From contig JAUWGH010000006.1 of the NCBI GenBank assembly GCA_030606485.1, forward strand, positions 135,966-199,965: a DNA stretch of 64,000 bases. Reading direction: 5' to 3'. This DNA comes from Promethearchaeota archaeon (GTDB taxonomy: Archaea; Asgardarchaeota; Lokiarchaeia; Sigyniarchaeales; SOKP01). Below, in pieces: positions 1 through 9,600 of this stretch; the first letter of the stretch is position 1; each line of letters starts with the position of its first letter. The position numbers and the translations under genes are program-made. Below the pieces are notes generated by a model. That model had not been told where the DNA came from, did not search any database, and was given only the letters and a program-made list of their open reading frames with translations.

Positions 1-203
1 ATAAAGTTATTTTAATTGGAATTAGAGTATCTGAAAAGTCAGAATGGTCACAATTGATGGAAGAATTTGATATCAACGAACAGGCGGAGGAAAAAATGAT
101 CTCACTCTTATTCTTTAAAATTGGACAAGAATATCGCTCGGAAATATACGAACAACTTGAAATTATGCTGGATACGATCAAAAATCTTCTTTTTGTTTAT
201 TAA
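1..203 (+). CDS. 3' end of an upstream Roadblock/small-GTPase paralog (partial; start lies outside the window)
   Basis: The frame starting at nt 3 reads ...KVILIGIRVSEKSEWSQLMEEFDINEQAEEKMISLLFFKIGQEYRSEIYEQLEIMLDTIKNLLFVY*, with TAA at 201-203. By manual alignment, about 53 of 66 residues match the C-terminus of the 433..2070 product. Confidence 0.75.
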   Translation, partial: KVILIGIRVSEKSEWSQLMEEFDINEQAEEKMISLLFFKIGQEYRSEIYEQLEIMLDTIKNLLFVY

Positions 204-432
204 TAAAGAAAACATTACAAACAAAAATTATCTTTTATTAGAAATTTTTAATTTAAAAAAATTTTATTTTAAAAATTTGACTTAAAAAATAATCTAAAAA
301 TTTACTCTGTTAACATCAAAATTAAATTTATAAAATATTATAGTAATAGTTAGAAATTTAATTTTTTTAATTATAATAATCTAAATTTAATTTTTATCAA
401 TACTAATTAATTTAAATTTTAGAGGAAATATT

Positions 433-2070
433 TTGCCAATAAATAAAGCTCTACTCTTTACTGAATTGCTGAATAATTTTTTGGAAATTAATAAAGAATT
501 AATAGCTGTAATTGTCTCTGATGAAGACGGATATATTATTGCTGGGGAAAAAAGAAAAGACATTGATATAGAAATAGTCTCTTTTTTAACCGCTGTTGTT
601 AATCCAATATTAGAACGGATTCGTAAAGAATTTACATTTAAAAAGTTTGGGACAGCAAGTTTCGATACCGAAGATAATCGATTACTATTTGTTTCTGTGG
701 ATGAAGCAACAACTTTAAGTTTTGTTTTGGAGCAAATGAGTTCTGTTGATAAGTTAGCGCCTTATGCATATTTTCTAGCTGAAAAGATTGCACAAATTCT
801 TACCGCTGTTGAAGGTGATTTAATACAATTAACTATTCCCAATTTCGAATATGAAGCGGAACTTTCTAAAAGTTCTGACAGATTAAAAAACCAAATTTAC
901 CAGAGTAAATTAGATCACGGGGGGATGTATCGTTTTAAATTTATAATAATTGGGGATCACGAAGTTGGGAAGACCTCAATAATTCGTAGGTTTGTAGAAA
1001 ATAAATTTTTAGCAGATTATCGTACGACCATAGGCCTTAATATTATGTCACATAATTTTGAAGCTTTTGGAAATAAGATTAACTTGTGGCTCTGGGATAT
1101 TGGTGCACAACAATATTTCAAAAGATTTCGAAAAACTTATTATAATGGTGCCCAAGCCGCATTCATCGTTTTTGACTTAACATCTCAAGAAACATTTGAA
1201 AATCTAAAAAATTGGCACAATGAGCTTAAAGAATTCATTGAGAATAAAGATTTACCAATAATAATAGTAGGAAATAAAAATGATTTGACTGAGCAAAGAG
1301 TAATTAGCTATCAAGATGGTGTGAAATTAGCAAGCGATTTATCTGATTTATCAAGTTTATTTGATTCATCTATTTTATCTGAGTTTTCTGATCTATCTGA
1401 TTTATCTGAAGGTATAAAAACTAAGATATCATATATTGAAACAAGTGCATTAACTGGAGATAATGTTGAATACGCTTTTCGGTTAATTTCTTATCATTTT
1501 ATGTTAAAAAGTAAGGAAATAGAAGAAAAAAGATTAAAAAATGCGGTATTGGGTGAAATTGATTCAATTTTAGAGGATCATGATTCTTTAACTCTGTCCT
1601 TTATTACTGAAGATCCATTATGGAGCCCTTGTTTACAGATTTTGGCAGGAATAGGAGAATTAGGGGATTATTTAAAAGTAAAAGATAAAGAGAACGAAAA
1701 AATATTTGAATATTCAAATGGGTTAGTTTTAAAGAATTTTGATTGTGAATCATTTAAAATTTCTGATTCTAATGGCGTCTTTTGTATATTTGATGCGAGA
1801 GAGAAAGAACATATTGAACCAAAATGGAAGGATACAGTAATTAAAATCATTGAAAAAATCAAAAAAAACAGAGTAATTTTAATTGGAATTAGGGTTTCTG
1901 AAGAGACAGAATGGTCACAATTGATGGAAGAATTTGATGTTAGCGAGAAGGCGGAAGAAAAAATGATATCACTCCTGTTCTTTAAAATTGGAGAAGAACA
2001 TCGCTTGGAAATTTACAACCAACTTGAAGTCATGCTGAATACTATTAAAAATCTTCTTTTTAATTATTAA
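433..2070 (+). CDS. Roadblock/LC7 (MglB-like) domain fused to a Ras/Rab-like small GTPase, followed by a ~190-aa C-terminal domain
   Basis: 545-aa ORF with a TTG start preceded by AGAGGA. The N-terminal ~125 aa resemble Roadblock/LC7 (LIAVIVSDEDGYIIAGE...). G-domain motifs are G1 GDHEVGKTS (nt 952-978), G3 WDIGAQ, G4 GNKND and G5 ETSALTG. Confidence 0.85.
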   Translation: MPINKALLFTELLNNFLEINKELIAVIVSDEDGYIIAGEKRKDIDIEIVSFLTAVVNPILERIRKEFTFKKFGTASFDTEDNRLLFVSVDEATTLSFVLEQMSSVDKLAPYAYFLAEKIAQILTAVEGDLIQLTIPNFEYEAELSKSSDRLKNQIYQSKLDHGGMYRFKFIIIGDHEVGKTSIIRRFVENKFLADYRTTIGLNIMSHNFEAFGNKINLWLWDIGAQQYFKRFRKTYYNGAQAAFIVFDLTSQETFENLKNWHNELKEFIENKDLPIIIVGNKNDLTEQRVISYQDGVKLASDLSDLSSLFDSSILSEFSDLSDLSEGIKTKISYIETSALTGDNVEYAFRLISYHFMLKSKEIEEKRLKNAVLGEIDSILEDHDSLTLSFITEDPLWSPCLQILAGIGELGDYLKVKDKENEKIFEYSNGLVLKNFDCESFKISDSNGVFCIFDAREKEHIEPKWKDTVIKIIEKIKKNRVILIGIRVSEETEWSQLMEEFDVSEKAEEKMISLLFFKIGEEHRLEIYNQLEVMLNTIKNLLFNY

Positions 2071-2205
2071 TCACAAATATCTCTGTTATTAAAAAGTAAA
2101 ATTACAAAACCAATAGCAGTAATTCAAAAATCTTTTGATAAATTAACTCAAAAAATGTCTAAAAAATCACCAGACAAAATAAAAAATTGGAAATAAATAA
2201 AATTT

Positions 2206-3453
2206 TTAGAATTCAACTTTCTCTGGATAAGCAACTTCTAATAATTCGAGGGCTTTCTTAGCAATTTCATGTGTTATTCTTTCATCTTTATTTTTAAAAG
2301 CTTCTCTGATTTTAGGAAGTAAGTATTCAGGAAAAAATATTAGAGGTTTAATATCAGTTAATAAAAATATCCAATTCCTTTCATCTTTATCTTTTATCTC
2401 AATTATCACATTAGACTCTTTTAAATCATTTAATATCATTTCAGTATCGGCGAATTCTGAAAAAATCTTTGGCATTTTATCTAAGGGATAATATTTACTT
2501 CTCATTAAAACGAAAAAATCATATACATCTGGATTCAAAAGAATAGAAGCTAAATATTTCGTTTCTTCAATGGACTGTGTATTAGGATCGTACTTAGAAA
2601 AGAAATCAACTACTTTTTGTTCATATTTAGGATATAACACATGATTGATTTCTTTTAAATGGTTTAATAATTTTATGTCTGGAACTCGGACTAAAAATAT
2701 ATCTTTTGTTAAAAATAAAAATTCACCCTGACGACCAATTAAACCCGTTCTTTTATCCCTTTTTCCTTTAATCCAATCACGTTTTATTAAGTTTAATTCT
2801 AAAAAAGGGTCAAGTAGCACATCCACATTAGGATTCTCTTTTATTTTTTCTAATGCATTTCTCAATTCATTTTTTGAAATAGGTTTTTCTCGTAAAAGTT
2901 CTAATATTTTTAGTCTCTCTTCACTTTGAAAAATCAAAGCTGCTTTCTGTATTTTATCTAATTGAGATAAACGATCAATTTCAAAGATGGCAAATTTTAA
3001 TTCACTCTCAATTTTAGAAATCATTTTATCAAGCAGAGAAATTTGCTTTAATTCACTTATTTTTACTAATGCTTCGAAATTACTATTTAATTTTTCTGCC
3101 ATATTTTTAATTATATCCCAAAATATTTCGACCTCATCCTCCAATTCAAAAATTGATATCGTTAAATATTGAAAACCATCAGATTCTTGTCTAAAATATG
3201 AAACAATTTGATATGGTGTTTCTTTTAATCTTCCTGAGTAAAAATTACTAAAAACACCTTTATCTGCAACTATTCCAGTTGTATGTTGATAAAATATTCC
3301 AAAAATATCATTTTGAACAATTAATTCCGAATAATTAGCTTCAGTGAATTTTTGATTATTAAAAACTAGTTTTATCGGTCTGAATTCCGGTACAAATTCG
3401 CCCGTTTCTGTTTGATTTAAAACAAATTTAAAAATTAAAATACCTTGAATCAT
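2206..3453 (-). CDS. Hypothetical protein; alpha/beta N-domain, coiled coil, two probable winged-helix segments
   Basis: 415-aa uninterrupted ORF in an AT-rich genome where stop codons are frequent. The middle segment ERLKILELLREKPISKNELRNALEKI...GEFLFLTKDIFLVRVP looks like a winged helix. No enzyme motif recognised. Confidence 0.6.
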   Translation of the reverse strand: MIQGILIFKFVLNQTETGEFVPEFRPIKLVFNNQKFTEANYSELIVQNDIFGIFYQHTTGIVADKGVFSNFYSGRLKETPYQIVSYFRQESDGFQYLTISIFELEDEVEIFWDIIKNMAEKLNSNFEALVKISELKQISLLDKMISKIESELKFAIFEIDRLSQLDKIQKAALIFQSEERLKILELLREKPISKNELRNALEKIKENPNVDVLLDPFLELNLIKRDWIKGKRDKRTGLIGRQGEFLFLTKDIFLVRVPDIKLLNHLKEINHVLYPKYEQKVVDFFSKYDPNTQSIEETKYLASILLNPDVYDFFVLMRSKYYPLDKMPKIFSEFADTEMILNDLKESNVIIEIKDKDERNWIFLLTDIKPLIFFPEYLLPKIREAFKNKDERITHEIAKKALELLEVAYPEKVEF

Positions 3454-3615
3454 TTAATATCAACCCCTAACATACTAGTTAAAATTTTTTCATTTATTCA
3501 TTAAATTTTATAATGGCAATTAATGCTAATAATTATATAGTTTTATTATTAGTATTGTACTAATTACTATTCAATAGTACTCCCAAATATTTATAATAAG
3601 TGGTAAAAATTAGGG

Positions 3616-6600
3616 TTGGTTATTTTGAAAAAAAAAAATAGCATAAGTTATAAAAAAATTTTAATTCTATTCAGTTTAATACTTATATTCTCTTTAATTT
3701 TCATTACGCCTGGTATTTACACAAATAAAAATGGATATTTTAATAATCCTACTGATGAAACTAATACTGATGAAATCAATACTGATCTTCAGAATAAAGA
3801 TTTTAGGTCTCAAGGTATAACCTCCGATAATATTTATTCAGGAATTGGGGCTCCTTGGAATCTAACTCATTGGGCTAATCGAACGGATTATGATATCCCA
3901 GTAGATTTTACTAGTCCACTTATACCTAATGATGATGGTAAATGGGGTAGAATGTGTCCGCTTGTAATACAATCTAGTAAGGTTAATAGCGACTTATCGA
4001 ATTTCACTATCCTTTTAACAAATGATACACTTCCATCTGAAATGTTTAATGCAGATGGTCTTTACCCTGCATTAGATGGTGGAGGGGATATTCGTTTTTC
4101 GACCGATCTAAACGGTGACAACCTTCTTCCCTGTGAAATAGTCACATTTACAACTGATAACAACCCTGCTAACGGTAAAGCTGAGATTTGGGTTAAAGTT
4201 CCTTCTATTAGTTCCTCTACCGATACCACCATCTATGTCTGGTATAACAAACTTGGATACAACGAAGCTGCAATGAACCAACCTGCTGCGGATGATATTC
4301 TTGGTTCGGAAGCTGTGTGGTCAAATAACTTTGAGGGCGTTTGGCATTTGAATGAAAGTTCTGGGAGCGCAAAAGACAGTACATCTAATGGATATGATGG
4401 CTCTTTTCAAGGAGATTTACCAGACGCTCAAATTGGACAAATTGGGGAGGGACAAGATCTTGATGGAACCGGCGATTATGTAGATATAGGCGATGCAGGA
4501 ACTGGGATACAGACTATTGAGTTTTGGATGGAATCAGATGATCTTACTGATAGTTTGGATACTGATACTGGTTGGAATATTCCAAGTAATTATGATGATG
4601 ATTATTGGGATTGGGATTATCCAGGTAATGTCTCCACAAATAATAATCAATACGCATCAGAGCCCGATGCTAGTGGTTCACAAGATTGGTATGACTTTAA
4701 TTTTGGTATACCCGGCGGTTCTTCGATCAATGGTATTTGGGTACATATTGAAGCAAATGAAATGGGTGTGGGTACTGCTGGTGCAGACATTGAACTTTCT
4801 TGGAATGGAGGTAATTCTTATACCAGCACAGGTTATGGAGATGACTACTCTGGTTCTGATGTTAATTATTATTATGGTAGTTCATCAGATCTTTGGGGCA
4901 GAGTATCATGGGCTGATACTGAATTAAGCAACGCTAATTTTAGGGTTAGATTAACGAAAAATGGTGTAACAACTCCTAGAGTTGACCTTCTAAGGGTAAG
5001 GGTTTATTATACCATAACCAACGTTAACAGGAAAATAATTGATATAGATGGTACCGACCAGATAGAAATCGACGGAAGTACTGCTGATATACTTGCCACT
5101 AGTTTTCCAGGTACTACAACAATTTATGTAGACGGAGCAGTTGCATCTGGTGTAACAACAAACTGGCATCATGTTGTAATTACTGATACGACCGGAGTCA
5201 ATCCTTCTGATATGGATATTGGTCGAGTTTCATCAAGGTACTTTGACGGTATCATCGATGAGGTCCGGATCTCAGATACTGTAAGAAGTGCCGACTGGAT
5301 TAATTCACTATACAACAATCAAGATGATCCGAGCACCTTTGTTATTAACGGAACTCCAATAGAGGGCGGCATCATCTCAATCTATATTATCGAACAAATA
5401 TCTAATATTGTAGATATGCCTTTAGATCTTGGGTGGCAAGGTAAAAAATTAAACGCTACCATAAAGGACTTGTATGATAAAAGAAATTGGATCAATGGAA
5501 CTTTCCACGCTGGACCTGATGATAATGACCCTTCCTGTCCTGAAAATGATAGTATTTATCTTCAAAATTGGACTTATGGTGAATATGATGTTGTGGGTGA
5601 TTATAGTAATGATATGTCTGGAAATTATTTTGATAGCACAAACGATCCTTCTAACAATGGCAGTGATTGCTTGGAATTAAGAATGGATGGAGATGGTTTT
5701 GGATATGATAAATATGATAGATGTTGGTGGGAGTCGAATTTCACTTTGCCAAGGGGAAAGGTGATTGAGGGTGAAATAAATCTTGTGATATGTCCTTATA
5801 CGCAATATTACGAAACCCGTGAGTTTGGAACGCATTGGAGTGTTCAAGTTATCTTAAATGGTATAGTAATTGATGACAAGAATCTTATATGGTTAGAATA
5901 TAGTGGGGGTGGTGATTGGTATCCCTTGAAATTACAGTTAACGAATTGGTTAGACGATCCAATAGTATTTCCGGATAATGAGAAAAATATGAGCCTTAGG
6001 ATACAATTAATAAGAAATGGACCAACACTTAGTCACGGCCCGTATGGTTCATATCAACAAGTACTTTTTGATGACGTATCATTAATCGTAAAAACAGAGG
6101 TTAAACCTACTCAAATCGGCTTAAAAATGAACCAAACTGCTGTTATAGATACTTCAAATTGGGGTGAAGGCACTGTAGAAATAGATGGTGATTGGAATGG
6201 CACCCAGTTTCCTTTAGTGCACGCTAATTTTAGCAATGATGAGGTCTGGGCATTAGGTGATTATGATATCGATTTTAAAACGAATGTAAATCTTTTTGCG
6301 ACAAAACATACTCCAGAAACTAATTATGAGACAAATGCAGCTTCGTTAGGCACCGGGTTTTCTGTAAGTAATGATAGTTTAGTAAATTGGGAATGTTATG
6401 GGTATACTTCGGTCCCAACGGGATATGCCGAAACAGAAATGAGACTTGAATTTCCAACTGATGTTTATATCACTTGGGTTTCCTATCCTTCAGACCCGCT
6501 TATTAATAAATTAGATTTATGTGATAATTCAACTGCTGGACTTTTAATTGTTAACGTGTCCAAAATATCAGCTACACCAGATGGTTTTTGGAAGTTTGAA

Positions 6601-9600
6601 GCAATATCCCCAAATTATTTTGAGCAATTAAATATATATAACAATGCTACAGGTAGTTGGATCGAAGATAACGAATTTTTAAGTGGAGAATATATAAATA
6701 TTACTGCGAAAATAACGAATAGTCCATTGATATCTGCTTATATTTTGGATACTAAAGCAATTCTCCATGTAAGATTCCCAAATGGCACTATATGGACAGA
6801 AAAAACACAAGAAAAAAACCTTATTTCAAACGGTTTTGTTTATTTTGATTCTTTTCAAATACCTTCCAACATTCCTAATTATAAAGTAGGAGAATATGAT
6901 GCAATAATTTCGTGGAATAATTCTCATTCTATTTATGGGTTAAATGAAACTGGCATAATCTACAAAAAATTTACCGTAATTCACAATTCTACATTAATAC
7001 CTGACCAAAGCTATTACGCAGATATATTTGAAGGCACTTCAATAAATTTAAAAGTTTCATTTAATGATCTTAAAGATGGCAAGGCTATAGAGGGTGCTGT
7101 TGTATATACATATAATTTTACTCATCCTACTATAATACAGAATTTCAGTGAAATTAGTCCAGGTTATTATGTTTTTTTAGATTTTAATGTTAGTGGTGCT
7201 CCACAAGCTGGTGATAATATTATAACAATTTATGCAAATTCTTCTTTATATACGAATAATGAAGTTGATGTAACTATTGAAGTAATAAAAGCAACGACTC
7301 TTACTGTAGATAAGTCAATTTTATCTGTCCAGTGGAATGATAATTTTACAATCCAATTAAACTATACTGAGGAAGTTAGTGGGACAGGTATTGATACTAC
7401 ACCAATAAATAATTGGGTAGGAGAAACCCATACTGTTAGAATCTCTCAAGGAGTATATAACATAACTTGTAATAGTTCCGCATATGAAGTAAATAAACGT
7501 TATAATTTATATGTTGATTTTAATGAAACTGGTTATGAAACACAATCAATAACAACTATAATTGAAATTGTTGAAAGAGAAACATATATCGACGATATTT
7601 TCATAAATGGTAGTGATTGCACGACTAATAAATCTTATAATGTTAAAGCAGGAGAACTTTTGAATCTTACCGTAAAATATAGGGATATTGAAACAGGTGG
7701 GACTTTTATTAATAATGCTCTAGTAAAATTAATAGGAACGGGAATAGAAAAGACTTTTAACGAAAGGATATCATTCCAATACTATAACTTAACTTTAAAT
7801 TCAACAGAATTAGGTGTTGGCGTAAAGTTTTTAACTATTACTGCTCAAAAAGATAATTATACATCTGCTTCAGAATTGTTAACCATAACTGTTTTTGAAA
7901 GAGGAACTAATTATATTTTATATTTGAATGAAACTGATTCTACAAGCGATCCATCTTACCAACTAACTGATAACCAGCTCTTGAATATCACTGTCTCCTA
8001 TATAGATACAATATTGACGGAACATATTAGTGGTGCTACAGTGGATATAAACGGATCAGGAATCTCTAAACAATTTGTTGAGGCTTTCAATAATTATTCT
8101 GTAGAAATAAATTCGACAGATTTAAATCTAGGTGTAAATTTTTTAACTATCTATGCTCAAAAAGAAACTTATGAACCCCAATCAATACTGATTACAATAG
8201 AAGTAATACAAATAGAAACAGAATTAAATCTATATTTAGATGGAGAGGATAAAACAAGTGAACCATCAATTACAAAATATACAAATCAGAGCTTAAATAT
8301 TACAATATCGTATAGAGAGTTCGAAATACCCAATAAACATGTTAGCGGAGCTATAGTGGACATAAATGGATCAGGAATATCTGAGCCTTTATATGAGGCA
8401 TTCAATAATTATTCTGTGCTTATAAATACGACTAAATTAAATCTAGGAGCAAATTTTTTAACAATTTATGCTCGTAAAGATAAGTATGAACCACAAACGA
8501 TTTTACTTTCGATAGAGATAATACAAATAGAAACAAATTTAACATTATATAAAAATGGGATAGATATAACAGCTATACCATCAATTAAACAATACACAAA
8601 TCAAATTCTAAATATTACAGTATCATATAAAGAGGCTACAGGTCCCTACAAACATGTGAGCGGCGCTATAGTTGATATAAATGGATCGGGAATTTCAAAG
8701 GTTTTTAATGAATTAGGAACCAATTATTCAGTTCTTATTGATACTACAAATCTTAATCAAGGAGCAAATTTTCTGACAATTTATGCTCGTAAAGAAAACT
8801 TTGAGCCTCAAACGATTTTACTTACAATAGAGATAATACAAATAGAAACAGACTTAAAGTTATTTTTAAATGGAGTGGATAAAACAAATGAACCTTCTAT
8901 TGACGTAATTACACTTGAAACTTTAAATATCACTATAAAATATACCACTTATGGAACTGGAGTCCATATTAGTAATGCAACAATTGAATTATCTGGAAGT
9001 GGACTTTCGATAAATATAAGTGAAAATCTTGGTTTAAAGCAATATTCATTTATTATTAATACAATAGATTTAAACGTAGGATTTAATTTCTTAACAGTTT
9101 ATGCTCAGAAAAGCAATTATGAAGCTCAAACGATTTTAATCACAATACAGCTAATTGAAAGAAAAGCATATGATGAGATATATTTAGACAATGAAGATAA
9201 AACACTTGAAAAATCAATCGAAACTCCAATAGGTAAGGAGTTAAATATCACTTTTAAATATTTTGACGATATAACAGGAAATCACATTCCTCAAGCACTA
9301 GTACAACTTATAGGAGCAGGACATACTTGGAATTTTACGGAAAATAATTCATTAAAGCAATATTCGCTAATTATAGATACTACAGAATTAGATATTGGAC
9401 TTAAATTTCTAACCATATATGCTCAAAGGACATATTATCAATCTTCTTCAGAGCTTTTAGAGATAACTGTTAGACAAATAAAAACAAATATTACAACAGA
9501 ATCTGGAGAAGATGTAATAAATATACAAGCTGGTGAATCTTATACTCTAAGAATAACTTTACATGATTTAGATTTTGGAAGTATAATAAAGAATGCAACT

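Noticed and set aside
433-2070. The idea that the nearby ICMT-like methyltransferases process this GTPase as in eukaryotic CaaX maturation.
   Set aside because: The GTPase and its paralog end in ...LLFNY and ...LLFVY with no C-terminal Cys. No prenyltransferase is in the window, and ICMT-family proteins are common in prokaryotes.
4493-4927. 144-aa ORF in an alternative frame inside the giant surface-protein gene. Similar nested ORFs occur at 4990..5172, 5474..5680, 1668..1862 and 2987..3172.
   Set aside because: They lie entirely within much longer ORFs that have recognisable domains. Their translations are low-complexity (Met/Ile/Leu/Val runs) with no motifs, so they are most simply frame-shadow ORFs.
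7561-9480. A regular ~315-nt periodicity that could superficially suggest a repeat/spacer array.
   Set aside because: The period is far too long for CRISPR. The repeats are in-frame protein modules inside one continuous ORF, and there is no alternation of conserved short repeats with unique spacers.
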